A stretch of DNA of 64,000 nucleotides from Hemiscyllium ocellatum (GCF_020745735.1 NC_083409.1:10700978-10764977); one strand, 5' to 3'. Shown: positions 1-13,098, numbered from the stretch's first letter. The notes: a model not told the origin generated them from the sequence alone. Made by a program: numbers and translations.

Positions 1-2206
1 TTTCAGTTCTTCCTGGACATCTCAAGGTTTGTATGAACTTTTGGTCTCCTAATTGCAGAAAGAATATAAATCCATTGGAAGTGTTTCAGAGGAGTTTTAT
101 CCGACTGATCCCTGGTATGAGGGGGCTGTGTGGTGAGGAAGGATCGGAAAGGCTGGCCTTGATCTCACTGGAGTTTCAAAGAGTGGGGGGTTTTCCTGTC
201 CCACTGTATTCTCCAAACCCTTATCTGACCCCCTCTTGGGTCATACCCTCCTGCCCCTTACTAACATGGAATTGGACTGCCCAGTCCTGAGGCTTACACC
301 TTCCATCTGGAACAAAGTCTCCAGGTAGCTCTGACCCTCCCTGATGTATCAGGATTCTTACAACTCAGCTTCCAATCCAAACCCCCTGAGTGGGAGTTGC
401 TGTAGATTTATACAGTCACTACAGATGTATTTACCCTGAATCATTTCAGTTTAATGAACAAATGCTGATCCCACTTACAAATGAAAGAAATCAATTCTTT
501 CATGAAACTAGTAATTGTCCTCAGTCTCTGGATCAATGTTTCAGTACTTTTCATTTCTAGGATTTCCCTATTTGAGGTTTCCTAAGCATACTATTTATAT
601 GGTTCCTTACACAAAGCTCTTCCCAGCTGATCTGGTCAACAGACTCCTGTCCCCTTGTTTATTATTTTGCTATTTTCAAACCAAGTGCATGTGCAGGCTC
701 CCATCAGCTGAAGTGACAGTTCCAAACCAGTTTGGAAAAGCAAAGGTAGACCTCCTTCCCCCAGTTCACCGAACTCCCACATTGACCAAACCTCCCAGCA
801 TCCCCCTCTGTGCCAGCTGCACTGAGTGCCAACTGCAGGATATAGGCTGCCCTGTATTTATACTGGTGCTAATTGATATCACTTTGTTCTGTCGTGCTAT
901 TAGAGTCATAGAGACAGCACAGAGACAGAACCTTCGGTTCAACTTGTCCACGCTGACCAGATATCCCAACGCAATCTAGTTCCACTTGCCAATGCTCAGG
1001 ATCTGGGTTAAGTTAGATCATTTCTCAGTCTGAAGCTTCCTTCTTTCAGCCTGAGAAATACGTTACTTTTATAACCAACAAATGTGACTTTAATGCTGGA
1101 ATCTGTTTTGAAGATTAATGGGCTCAATGGTTTGATTCAATGTGGTAAGATAAGAAATATCTGTGTCACTTGCTGTAATTCAGTCTTCTCTAACCAATCT
1201 CTTCAGGGGCCAGGATGAGTGTGAGGAGATTGGGTTTTGATGGAACTACCCACAGACTCAAGTCAAAAGAAGCAAAGCAAGAAAGACAGGTGGATCGAAT
1301 ACAAGAGAGCACATTATGAGGGAAAACCAAAGGAGAGAGTGACAACATTGAATTGCTTCTTGTGTCATCCTCTGCGCCCTTACGTTTCACAGTGTCAGCT
1401 CCACATCCTTCCATTGACTTTGTCATTGAGAGCCAACGGTTCCTTTCCCACAGCCCTTTTTAAAATGCCCTGCCCAGGGAATCACTCAGACAGAGAATAT
1501 TTCACCTTTTCTGGGAAGGTTGGAGAAATATTGGATGTCGATGAGCTGCTTTCTCAGACTTCAGGGTCTGACAGAAGGATGTGTGTAGGCTGTGGATTCT
1601 GGAGACAGATCACTGAGATGTTCCTCACTCCCATCAACACCTGACTTTATCCTGAAATCAGTTTCTATTCTTCATTATAAAGTACCCCCACCAGTTTCAG
1701 ACTAGACATTTCACACCCAGCCCCCATTTCCTCACATTGGAATCAAGAACCAAACTTGCCCCATCTCAGGATTGCCCTCTGAATGTGGTGTCAGTATGCT
1801 AATGCTGTGTTTGATGAAAGAGCCACAGTGGAATCTGGGACTGAATCCAAGGGGTTTCTGATCCACCAGCAGCCTCCTTGCTGTGTGAGATTCTGTTTGG
1901 ATAAGATTTCAGCCCCATGGTTCCCACTGATACGAGAACCATGGAGTGAGATTGCTGGAGCCACGTGTGGACTGAGGAACACAACAGTCAGGACAATGAG
2001 CTGCTCTGGAATCCATCCTGAGCCCTGGATGGTTGTCACTGAGATGGTCCAGGGGCTACAGAATATGACAGCAGAAAGTGGAACCAGTTTATCATTGACT
2101 GTACCCCCCAGCCATGACTCCCAGACTGAACATTCTCAATCTGACTCCAGGGGGACACAGGGCAATTCCATCTCATTTGAAGAGTAAAGAAAACCCAGGT
2201 CTAATT

Positions 2207-2707
2207 TATGGAATATTTATTACCCAAACCCTGTGGAATTGTTATTTTGATTTCCAAGATTCTGCTGATCATATTGATCAATAGAGTGTCCCCAGTGACC
2301 CTGATCTGAATTGCTTGGCTCAGGATCTTGCTGTCCCTGATGGATGGGTTGGTGTGGAGGGGGAATTGCCATCAGAATATTTTGTTCCAGGGATGGATCA
2401 AGTTAGTATAGTGGGTGACAAGGTGGCTCAGTGGTTAGCACTGCTGCCTCATAGTGCCAGGGATCTGCGTTCGATCCCTGCCTCAGGAGAATATCTATGT
2501 GGATTTTGCACATTCTCTCCAAATACAAATCAAATGCTGTATGGAATATTTACTTTGCAAACCCTGTGGGATTGTTATTCTGGGTAGTAAGATCCTGCTG
2601 GTCAAATTGATCAATAAAATGCGAACTGAACTGCTTGGCTCGGGATCTTGCTGTGCTGAAAGGATGTGTTGGTGTTCAGGGGAATTCCCATCAGATTATT
2701 GTGTTCC
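2207..2707 (+). repeat. Local direct duplication of about 170-190 bp (2207-2390 and 2540-2707) separated by a SINE fragment
   Basis: Both copies share ATGGAATATTTA..CAAACCCTGTGG..TTGATCAATA..TGCTTGGCTC.GGATCTTGCTGT..GGGGAATT.CCATCAGA. Confidence 0.85.
2420..2520 (+). mobile_element. Truncated HE1/V-SINE 5' part
   Basis: GGTGGCTCAGTGGTTAGCACTGCTGCCTCA A-box region and GTTCGATCCC B-box. Confidence 0.75.
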
Positions 2708-3051
2708 CCATTGCCCCCTCTATTCTCCCCTTCCTGCTCCATACCTGGGGGTGGGGTGGAGCTTTTCACTTCGTACACCTATCCCTGAGGACTCAGCTCT
2801 GGCCATTCCCAAAGCACACACGAGACAGAGACTGAATCTTCTTCATCTTTATTCCCTTTTCCAGATTGACATTGACAGAAAACAGTCAGCAATTAACAGC
2901 CCAGACAGAGGAAGCTGCACAAATTCACAGCCACAATGGAGCTTGAGGAAAACACTTGTGGAGATTTTCTCAATAACATGAGAATCCTGTCCCTTTAAAC
3001 AGTGACAAAACCTTAAATTGGAACTGGCGGCTGAGCAGAAAGGAGGTCTGT

Positions 3052-3057
3052 TTTACT
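3052..3057 (-). terminator. Candidate polyadenylation signal AGTAAA (alternative AATAAA at 2853-2848)
   Basis: About 325 nt after the C stop, followed about 40 nt later by the GT/T-rich stretch GGTTTTGTCACTGTTT on the sense strand. Confidence 0.4.
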
Positions 3058-3381
3058 GAAACAGAGACTTTTGAGGTTCACATTGTTTTTGCACAGCTGA
3101 CAGTCTTTAGCATCTTCGGAGAGGTTTTACTTGACATCGCAAGTTAACACTGTCCCCATCAAACACATCCAGGTCAGGGAAAGCATGGGACTAGATAAAG
3201 AGTAAAGTTTTCTCTACACTATCCCAACGACCAGCCTTAACCCCTGAAGCTCAGAAGTATCTCCAAGCCAGTCCTGAGAAGGAAGAGAGTTGAAATTCAG
3301 TGCTGACAATGACCTTTGACCTGCCAGCTCAGCCCTGTTCTATTTAAAGTTGTGTCTCCTCTGTGGACTGTCTCAAACACT

Positions 3382-3710
3382 CTACACACATTCTGATCTC
3401 CTGATGCTCTTGCTGAGGGGAGAGGGGAGGGTCACGTGGGTGAGGGCACAGGAGAAGCGAGCGTTGGACTCCCAGTCAGACCCAGAGAGGGTCAGCAGGC
3501 TGCTGACACTGTAGGTGCTGTCCGAAGCTCGCAGGTAGTTGCTGGTCTGAACCCCGTCCGAAATGACTGCACCGTCCTTCTTCCACTGCACCTCCAGCTC
3601 ATCGGGATAGAAGTGATTGGCAAGGCACACCAGGGTGGCAGTGCCCTTGGCATTGACCTGCTCCGGGGAGGGGGGCAGCAGGGTCAGCTTGGGCTGAGAG
3701 TTGTCACGGA
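3382..3710 (-). CDS. IGKC: Ig kappa-type (shark type III/NS4-like) light-chain constant exon
   Basis: Acceptor TGTCTTTCAG (AG at 3712-3711). Open frame RDNSQPKLTLLPPSPEQVNAKGTATLVCLANHFYPDELEVQWKK...YSVSSLLTLSGSDWESNARFSCALTH...RSECV* has the C1-set Cys/Trp/Cys and a penultimate Cys for the H-L bond. TAG at 3384-3382. Confidence 0.97.
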
Positions 3711-4337
3711 CTGAAAGACAAGAGAAACAATTTTAATCCCTGCCTTTTGAAGGTACATAAACTCTCTGAACATTAACTGCTAAAACGTTTGAACATTTGT
3801 ACCCAGTACCTAGCAGACCTGACAAAGCACTGGCATTTTAAAAATTGCTTTTTGGGACGTGTACGGCACTGGCAGAGCCAGTCGCTGCCCATCCCTAACT
3901 GTCTCTGAGAAGGTGATGGTGACGCAGCAGAATGATAAGGGACAGTCCTGGACCACCATTTGAGGAATGAATGTGGGCAGCTGGAAGGGCTATCAATGTG
4001 GGAGCATTTTAGTGACAGTGATCGGAACTCAGTGAGATTGAGAATAGGGATGGAAATGGAGAACCGTGGAGCAAGTGTAAAAGTTTTGATTTGGGAACAA
4101 TCCATTTTACCAAACTGTGTGGTAATTTGATAAAAGAGTACTGGAACCATCGCCTTGATGGGAGATCAGTGACAGGGCAGTGGGAGGTCTCCAAGGATGA
4201 GACAGGCACAGAGATCATTCAGAATCTTTTCCCAAAAGAGTAAGAGTGGCACTCCCAAAGAGAGAGTCTCAGCAAAGATGTGAAACTATCGATATGATGT
4301 GGAGGCTCTGGTGTCCGACTGGGGTGGACATGTTCAG

Positions 4338-4505
4338 GAGTCACATGACACCAGGTTACAGTCCAACAGGTTTATTTAAAATCACGAGCTTGTGAAACGC
4401 TGCTCCATCTTCAGGTGAAGCGACTTCAGTGCTGAAGGAACAGAGCTCTGAAAGCTTGTGATTTGAAATAAGCCTGTTGGACTATAACCTGGTGTCGTGT
4501 GACTT
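4338..4505. repeat. Inverted-repeat hairpin of Penelope-like terminal sequence in the J-C intron
   Basis: TCACATGACACCAGGTTACAGTCCAACAGGTTTATTT ... AAATAAGCCTGTTGGACTATAACCTGGTGTCGTGTGA; both arms carry degenerate CTGA..GAAA cores. Confidence 0.75.
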
Positions 4506-5799
4506 CTGACCTCAAATGAAGCCCCGTTAGAGCACAATGAGAGAACTGTGTGCAGTTCTGGTCACCACATTGCAGGAAGGATGTGATCCCCCTAGAGATG
4601 GGGACAGTGGAGGGTTTTGTCAGGAATGAGGAGTATTAGCTTTGAGGAATGATTGGTTTGGCTGGGACTGGTTTCTTTGGAACACAGGAGGCTGAGGGGA
4701 GATTTGATCGATGGTGTGTAAAATGATGAGGGGTCTGGATAGAGTGGGTAGGAAGGACTGATTTCCATCAGCACAGAGGGCAATAACCATGGGGAGAGAT
4801 TGAAATGAATTGGGGGCAGGGTTCGAGGGGAGTTGAGGAGTAATTGTTTCACCCAGTGGCTGGTGGGATCAGGACCTCACTAGCTGAAAGGGTGAGAGCG
4901 GCAGAAACCCTCATCACATTGAAAAAACACTTGGATATTCACTTGAAACACCAAAGCCTCCAGAGCTATGGAGCAAGAGCTGGTATGTGGGGTGGAGTTC
5001 GACACCTCTTTAACAAACCTCCGATCACTCACAGCTCGGGAGAACTTTATCCAACAACATTGGAGCAGAGTTGGATCAGCACACTTCAGGAAGGAGTCAC
5101 GTTGGGTGTCCATGTAGAAGGTTCTAGATTTTGTTTCAAACCTTCCAGCTCAGCGCTGGGGTAAGGTCAAATGTGAGGGTGCAAAGAGTCTCAGTGTCCT
5201 GGGATCAGACAGTGACACTGCTCTTAATGATCCCATGTTCCCTGGAAGATGGAAGCGTGTATCCAACGGGCAAGGGTCAGGTTCAGGAGACTCCAACCTC
5301 AAAGAAAGACTTGCATTTATGTTGCACCTGCCTCCACCTAAGGATGTTGCAGTGGCTCTTTCCATCAGACTGTGCTCAGCAAGATCCCAGAGAGCTGGGT
5401 GACAATGAGGCGAGGATCAGATTTTTAGTGATGCTAATTAGGGAATCAATATTGACCAGGACACCAGGAGACACCGTCCTGCTGTCTGTCTAATAGAGCC
5501 ATGGAATGGCATCTCTGATATCTGAAAGGCTCCCAGTGCATCAAAAGAGAGACTTGTATGTCAGGCTCTCCCAAAGCATTTACAGAGAGTGAGGGACTTG
5601 TCTGGACACTGGTCACTGTTGTAATGCAGAAAACACAATTTGCACACAGCAATATCGCACAAAAATAAATGAGATTATGAAGCATGTTCAGTGATGTTTC
5701 AGGGATAAATATTGACCTGAAGTCAACCCAAAGAGAAAGCAAATGGGTTCACTTGCACAAAACGTGAGAAAATGAAAGGCACAGAAGGTGGGAGTCGTG

Positions 5800-7270
5800 G
5801 TTAGTGATGGGTTTGATTGTTACCAGAAAATAAAAGGAAGGATCAGAATTTGTGAATGTCATATTGTAACAAGGCAATACAGACAGTAGAAATAACCTAA
5901 AGTCTTTGTATGATAACGCATTCGGAATAAGGTAGACAGAGTGATGCCACAAATTGAGGTTCCCAAGGACTTTAAAATCATTAAAGTGACGCAGGGCTCA
6001 GGAGAGGTTAGTAAAGTTCCCAAAATAATTAATAGGACATAGATTATGGAAAGGGTCAGAAAATTAATTTTAGGCACAGTGCATAAGGGGACAACTATGA
6101 AAAGGAGGACAGTCAGTGCAGGACTGAGGGTGTTGTACCTGAATGCAGGGAGTATCCGAAATGAGGTAAATGAGCTTGTAGCGCAGATTGGAATTGGCAG
6201 GTACGATGTTTTGAGTATCACAGAGACCTGGCTGTAAGGGGTTGAGGGCTGGGAATGAAATACTCAAGGATGCACATCCGATTGACAGGACATGCTGATG
6301 GGCAGATGGGGGTGGGGTTACCTTCTTGGTAAGAAATGAAATGAGATCAATCACAAGAAGGGATTTAGAGTTGGAATGCATTCAATCTGTGTGGGTAGAG
6401 GTGAGGAGTTGCAAGGGAGAAAGAGCATGATGAGAACTTAGCACAGGACCCCCCAGCAGCAGTCAGGATATGAGGAAGAAAATAAATCAGGTGATAGAGA
6501 AGGCCCTGCTACAATAGTCATGAGGGACTTCAATATGCAGGGAGACTGGAAAATTAAATTGTTTGGGGATCTCAAGGGTAGGAATTAATGGAATGTTTAC
6601 GACATGGTTTTTAGAGCAGCTTGTGGTAGAGATCACTATGGAACAGGCAATTCTGGATTGGGTGATGTGTATTGAAGCAGACCTGATTAGGGAACTTAGG
6701 GTGAAGGAATCCCTTGGGGGCATTGACCGTAATATGACAGAATTCACCCTGCAGTTTGTGACAGGGAATCTGGAGTCAGTTGTACCGGTAATGCAATTAA
6801 CTTAAGGTAACTACAAAGACATGAGGGAGGAGCTGGCCAGAGTTGGTAAGAAAGGAAGCTGAGCATAAGAGAGAATGGAGCAGCAATGGCAGGAGTTTCT
6901 GGGGGTAATTTGGGAGGCAGAGCAGGAATTCAACCCAAGGAAGAAGAAAGGTACTGAGTGGAGGCCAAGGCAACCATGGCTGATGAGGGAAGTCAGGGTC
7001 AGCATAAAAGCAAAAGAAAAAACAGGCAATGTGGTGAAGATTATTGGGAAGCCTTTAAAAAACAGCAGAGAGTAACTAAAAAAAAGTAAGGGTGGGTGTG
7101 TAAATAAAATATAAGGGTCAGCGAGTTAGTAACATAAAAGAATATTGCAAGAGGTTTTCTTTAGATATATGAAAGGCAAGAGGGAGTCAATAATAGAAAT
7201 TGTACCACTGGAAAAGGCAGAAGTAGTAATGGGGAACAAAGAAATGGTGGAAAAAGTGCATCGGTGCCTT
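5800..7270 (+). mobile_element. CR1 LINE fragment (ORF1 end, APE endonuclease, linker)
   Basis: VLYLNAGSIRNEVNELVAQI...DVLSITETWL; multiple stops. Confidence 0.85.
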
Positions 7271-7899
7271 AAATCAGCTTTCACAGTAGTGTGGCAATGC
7301 TGCTCATTTCACAAGTTTGAGTTGTCCTTGGATTTTTTTTCAAGAGGGGTTGTAAAGGCAGAGGTTCCAATTTGTCTGGGTTAGGGACTTTGCTCATGGC
7401 TAACAGATACTGCCTAAGGCAACAGTCAGGGAAAAGGCTTTTAGGTTTTATATTAAACACTTGTCCAATAAAAGGAGAATGGCCAGTTCTTCCAGTTTGC
7501 TGTTTTTGACAAACAGTCGGTTGGAAGCTCCTGGATAAAGAAAGCTGCTGGTGAGAAAGGTTCCCCAATTCAACATTTTCCAGTGGACTCACTGTCTGAA
7601 ATTCCTCTCCTGTAAGAACCCCTGTGTTTATATTTACCTTTTTGCCAAGGCTATTACAGCATATTGGAACAACTCTTTGTCAAGTTACATTTTTTCATAA
7701 GTTGGGTTTTCAAATAGTTAAGTTATTCTAAATTCTGTTTTCTTTTGATTGTAAATAAATACTCTTTTCCTTCAAGCTGAGTGGTTTGGCCAGTTGTATC
7801 ATTCCTGGAATATCCAGGTTACATTTGCTGAACACAATTCGAAAAGGTAAGGTCTGGGCTGCATTCTTAAAATGTTTTGAAGGGTCTGGCCTGGTCCAT

Positions 7900-9290
7900 A
7901 ACAATGTCACAGAGTCCTACAGCATGGAGACAGGCCATTTGGACCAAACTGGTCCATTTACGCTAATCCTGCACTTGGCCCATATCCTTCTGAATCCTTT
8001 CCTTTGCTGTATTTGTCCAAATGCCTTTTAAATGTTATTAATGTACCCACCTCAACCACTTCCACTGGCAGCTCATTCCATATGCGAACAATCCTATGTG
8101 TAAAAAGGTTGCCCCTCAGGTTCCCTTTTATTCTTTCCCCTCTAACCTTAAACTGATGCGCTCTAGCTCATATTCGCAAACCTTGGGGAAAAGACCGAGT
8201 GAATTCACCCTATCCATGCCTCTCATGATCTTATGAGGTCCTCCCTCAGTCTCCTACACTCTAAAGAAAAAAGTACTCTCCCTTTAACCCAAACGATTGA
8301 ATCCTGGCAACATGCTTGCAAATTTCTTCTGCACTCTTTCCAGTTTAATAACATCCTTCCTGGAACAAGGTGACCAAAACTGAACACAATATTCCAAGTG
8401 TGGCTTCACCAGTGTCCTGTATAACTGCAACATAACTTCCCAACATCTGTAGTCAATGCCCTGACTGATGAAGCTCTCTTCTCTGCTCTATTTACTGTGA
8501 CTCCATTTTCAGAGAACTGCTTATCTGAATTCTAAGGACCCTCTGTTCCACTATATTCCTTAAGGTCCTATCATTCACCATGAAACTCCTACCTTGCTTT
8601 AAATTTCCAAAATACAAGACCTCACATTTATCTGTATTAAACTCTATTTGTCATTTCTCGGCCCACTTCCCCAGCTGAGCAAGGTCCTGCTGCAATTTCT
8701 GATAACTGTCCGCACTGTCCACGATGCTGCTTATTTGAGTGTCATCAGCAAACTCACTAACCATGCCTTGTACATTCTCATCCAAAACATTGTTATAGAT
8801 AACAAACAGCAATGGGCTCAGCACTGACCACTGAGGCACTCCACTAGTCACAGGCCTCCAGTACAATAAGGATTCTTCCCCTATTACCCTGTGCTTTCTA
8901 CCATCAAGCCAATCGTGTATTCAATTTGCCAGGTCACCTTGGATTCCATGCAATCTAACCTTCCATAACAGCCTACCATGTGGAACCTTATCAAAGGCCT
9001 CACTGAAATCCATATAGACCACGTCTACCATCCTGCCCTCATCAACCTTCCTGGTCAATTCATCAAAGTAACTTAACAAATTTGTGAGGCATATTCTCCC
9101 ACTCACAAAGTCATGCTGACAACTCCTAATCAAATTCACTCTTTCCAAATGCATGTGTATCTTATCTTATCAAACAACCTACCCACCACAAATGTTAAGC
9201 TTATAATTCCCAGGCTTTTGTTTTTCAGCCCTTTTTGAACAATGGCACAGTCTTCGCTATCCTCCAGTCTTCTGGCACCTCACCTGTGGC
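7900..9290 (-). mobile_element. CR1 LINE RT and 3' end
   Basis: QHDFVSGRICLTNL...VDVVYMDFSEAFDKVPH; VTSGVPQWSVLSPLLFVIY...FADDT. Confidence 0.88.
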
Positions 9291-9324
9291 TAACCATGAT
9301 GCTTAAATATCAGCCAGTACACCT

Positions 9325-10960
9325 GACCTTCAAGAGAGTTGGGAGCAGAAGTGAGTGGAGAGGGCATCACTAAGGTGGAGGGGTTGAGGCAGCTGAAAGG
9401 TCTGAAGGTGGATAAATCATTCAGACCCGAGGGACTACACTCCAGAGTTCTGATGGAGATAGCTAAGGTAATTGTAGGGCCATTGGCTGTGATCTTTCAG
9501 AAATCACTGGAGTCAGGAGTGGTCCCAGAAGACTGGAAAATAGTGAATGTAACATCCCTGTTTAAGAAAGGAGGGAGGCAGAGATGGGACATTATAAGCT
9601 GGTTAGCCTGACCTCGGTCATTGGTAAGATTTTAGAGGTCTACCTAAGGGTGAGATTGCAGGTATTTGGAATCTCACCCTTAAGTCTGGTAAAATTGCAG
9701 CCTGGTAAAATTGGGCTGAGTCAGCACAGCTTCATCAAAGGGAGGCATGCCTGATAAATCTGTTAGAAATCTTTGAGGAGGTAACAAGTGAGTTAGACAA
9801 AGGAGAGCCAGTGGATGTGATCCATTTGGATTTCCACCAGGCCTTTGACAGGGTACAATAAAGGAGACTGCTAAGTCAAATCAGAGCCCATGCTGTCAGG
9901 AGCAAGGCACTGCGAAGTGTAGAGGATTGGCTGGCCGGCACAAAGGCGAGAGTAGGGACAAAGGGATTTTTTTCTGGATGGCTGGTGGTGCTTTGTGGCG
10001 ATCTGCAGGGATCTGTGTTGGGACCACAACTATTCATATTATCCATTAACAATCTGGATAAGGAACTGAAGATATTGTTCATATGTTTGTAGATGACACA
10101 AAAATTGGTGAAAGGACAAGTGGAGTTGAGGAAGTGGGGGAGATTGCAGAAGGACTTGGTCAGGCTGGGAGAATGTGCAAAGAAGTGGCAGGTGGAGTAC
10201 AATGCGGGGACTTGTGAGGCTAGATACTTTGGTGGGAAGAATAGAGACACAGACTGTTTTCTAAGTGAGGAAAGATTTCAGAAATCTGAAGCACAAAGAG
10301 AATTGGGAGTCCTTGCTCAGGTTTCTCTGAAGGTTAACGTGCAGGTTCACCATTGGCTGTTTGAAAGGCAGTTACAGTGTTAGCATTAACTTTAACGTCA
10401 GAGGTGTACTGCTGCGTTTGTATAAGTCTCTGATCAGACCACATTTGGAATTTTGGTCTCCTTATTAAGGAAGGATGTGCTGTCATTGGAGAGGGTCCAG
10501 AGGAAAAAGTGAGAAAGAATAAGAATGATCCTGGGAATGAAGGGGGTGTCATATAAAGAGCGGTTGAGGATTCTGGATCTGTATGCAATTGAGTTTAGAA
10601 AGATGATGGGGGAATCTTATTGAAACTACAGAATATTGAGAGGCCTGGAGAACATGGAGAAGGTGTTTCCACGAATAGAAGAAACTCGGGCCCGAAGGCA
10701 AAGCCTCAGAGTGAAGAATGATCCGTCAGAACTGAGATAAGGAGGCATTTCTTCAGCCACAGGGTGGTGAATCTGCGGAACTCATTGTCACAGAGGTCTA
10801 TGGATGCCAAGATGTTGAGAGTATTTAAAACAGAGACAGATAGGTTCTTGATCAGTAAGGAGATCAAATGTTAAAAGGAGAATGGGGTTGAGAAACACAT
10901 CACACAAGATCAAATGGCAGAGCAGACTCTCTTCTGACTGGCCCAATTCTGCTCCTATAT
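9325..10960 (+). mobile_element. CR1 LINE RT and 3' end
   Basis: LKVDKSFRPEGLHSRVL...VPEDWKIVNVTSLFKKG; degenerate RT. Confidence 0.88.
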
Positions 10961-11013
10961 CTTAAGTATTTTGGGTTTATGTAGAGGTTCCTTGAAACCC
11001 TGGAAAACTGAAG

Positions 11014-11350
11014 TACGGTCACTTAGTGGTTAGCCCTGCTGCCTCACAGCGCTATGGACCCAGGTTTGATTCTAGCCTCGGGCGTCTGTCTGTGTGGAGT
11101 TTGCATGTTCTCCCTGTGCCTGCATGGGTTTCCTCCGGGTGCTCTGGCTTCCTCCCACAGTCCAAAGCTGTGCAGGTTCGGTGAATTGGCCATGCTAAAT
11201 TGCCCATAGTGCAGGTTAGGTACATTAGTCAGGAGTAAATGTAGGTTAAAAAGGTAGGGGAATGGGTCTGGGTGGGTTACTGTTCGGAGGGTCAGCGTGG
11301 ACTTGTTGGACCAAATGGCCTGTTTCCATACTGTAGGAATTCTGTGATTG
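11014..11350 (+). mobile_element. HE1/V-SINE
   Basis: tRNA-like head, V-domain GTGTGGAGTTTGCATGTTCTCCC...GGTTTCCTCC, LINE-like tail. Confidence 0.9.
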
Positions 11351-11399
11351 TATGGACATTGAAAGTACTGGTTTGTGAGCCCTGCTGTTGCTGTTTCTC

Positions 11400-12340
11400 A
11401 AAAGTACTTTGACAAAAGATAATCAGGGAGTGGTGAGAGTGAGCATCAGGTTGCATGAGGGAACTGCTTGTCCTGCTTCCTGGAATACCATGAGCACAGG
11501 AAGTGTGGTCAGTGACAGCAGTTGGAACTCCGGGTTTCGGAGCTTGAGCAGCAGCTGGTGTCAGTGAGGAGCGTCCGTGAGGCTGAGAGCTCCGTGGAGA
11601 GCACGTTTCTAGATGTGGTCACTCTGCAGCTTCAGAGTATGCAGGGAGAGAGGGAATGGGGAGCAGCAGACAGTCCAAAAGGACCAGGCAGCTAGTACAG
11701 GAATCCCATGAGTGCATCCCACTCTCCAACCAGGATTCAGTTTGGAATCCTGATCAGAATGATGGTTCATCTGGGGAGTGCAGCCAGAGCCAAGTCCTTG
11801 GCACCACGGGGGGCTCAGCTGTACACGGGGGGCACAAGGAAGACTGGAAGAGTGATAGTGAGAGGAGATTCGAGAGTGAGGGCATCGATAGGTGTTTCTG
11901 CAGCTGCAGGTGGGAATCCAGGATGATTCCCAACATCTGATTCTCTGTGCGACTGCAGAGCACCCTGAGGGGAGAGGGGGAACAGGCAGCAGTCGTGGTC
12001 CACATTGGTCCCAGTGACATAGGGAGAAAAGGGATGTGGTCCTGCAGTCAGAATTTAGGGAGTTCCAGAGGGAATTAGCAGCAGGAGCTCAAAAGTAGGA
12101 ATCTCCAAGATTACCCCAGCATCCCACGCAACTGAGAATAGAAAGAGGAGGATAGCACAGGTGACTGTGGAACTGAAAAGACAGTCCAGGAGGAAGGTAT
12201 TTCGATTATTTTAACATTGGGACTGGCTTTGGGGGGAGATGGACATGTACAGACCAGACGGGTTGCTCCTGAACAGACCTGGGACTGAGTTCCTTTGGGG
12301 TGATTTACTCGTGCTGTTGGAGAGGGTTTAAACTATCTTG
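11400..12340 (+). mobile_element. CR1 LINE ORF1 (esterase) fragment
   Basis: IVRGDSRVRA (GDS motif) region; degenerate. Confidence 0.7.
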
Positions 12341-12806
12341 GCCTGTGGGATCCAGGAGGTAATACCAGAGAGGAACACAGAGGTGCACAGAATCCTGGGA
12401 GAGATAGATAGCACCAGAATAAGGAATAGAACTTCTTACCCAGTTTCAGAGTGAGGGAGAGAGAGTAATAAATTCTAAATCAGGGTCACTGTGTAAGGAT
12501 GGGACTGCACAGAGTGTTGGGAATAAGACTGGGAAGGTACAGCCACAGAGTGTTAAGTGGAAATCTGATGTGTGCCTCTCACATAGGAAGATTAGATAAT
12601 AAGAACATTAGAAATAGGAGCAGGAGTGGGCTATCTGACCCATCGAGGATGAGGGACATTAGTTATGAAGATAGACTGAAGATGTTGGGACTGTTTTCCT
12701 CAGAGAAGAGAAGGCAGAGGGGAGATTTGATCGAGAAATTCAAAATCAGGAGGGGTCTGAACAGAGTAAACCAGGAGAAAATGTTCCCACCTGAGAAAGA
12801 ATTAGT

Positions 12807-13098
12807 GGGCGGCACGGTGGCACAGTGGTTAGCACTGCTGCCTGAGACCCGGGTTCAATTCCCGACTCAGGCGATTGTGTGGATTTTGCACGTTCTCCCC
12901 GTGTCTGCGTGGGTTTCCTCCGGGTGCTCCGGTTTCCTCCCACAGTCCAAATGTGCGGGTCAGGTGAATTGGCCATGCTAAATTGCCCATAGTGTTAGGT
13001 AGGTGTAAATGTAGGGGTATGGGTGGGTTGCGCTTCGGCGGGTCGATGTGGACTTGTTGGGCCGAAGGGCCTGTTTCCACACTGTAAGTCTAATCTAA
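12807..13098 (+). mobile_element. HE1/V-SINE nested in a CR1 3' fragment (about 12640-13410)
   Basis: GGCGGCACGGTGGCACAGTGGTTAGC, GGTTCAATTCC, V-domain, TAATCTAA tail plus A-run. Confidence 0.93.

Noticed and set aside
3145-3230. Single unit resembling an elasmobranch ~70-bp tandem repeat (ACACTGTCCCCATCAAACAC...AGAGTAAAG...CTACACT) in the C 3' UTR
   Set aside because: Only about one unit is present, and the family assignment rests on recollection that cannot be verified here.
12807-12880. tRNA-like A/B boxes here and at 11014, 30018, 39868, 57651
   Set aside because: They continue into the V-SINE core and LINE-like tail, so they are SINE heads and not tRNA genes.
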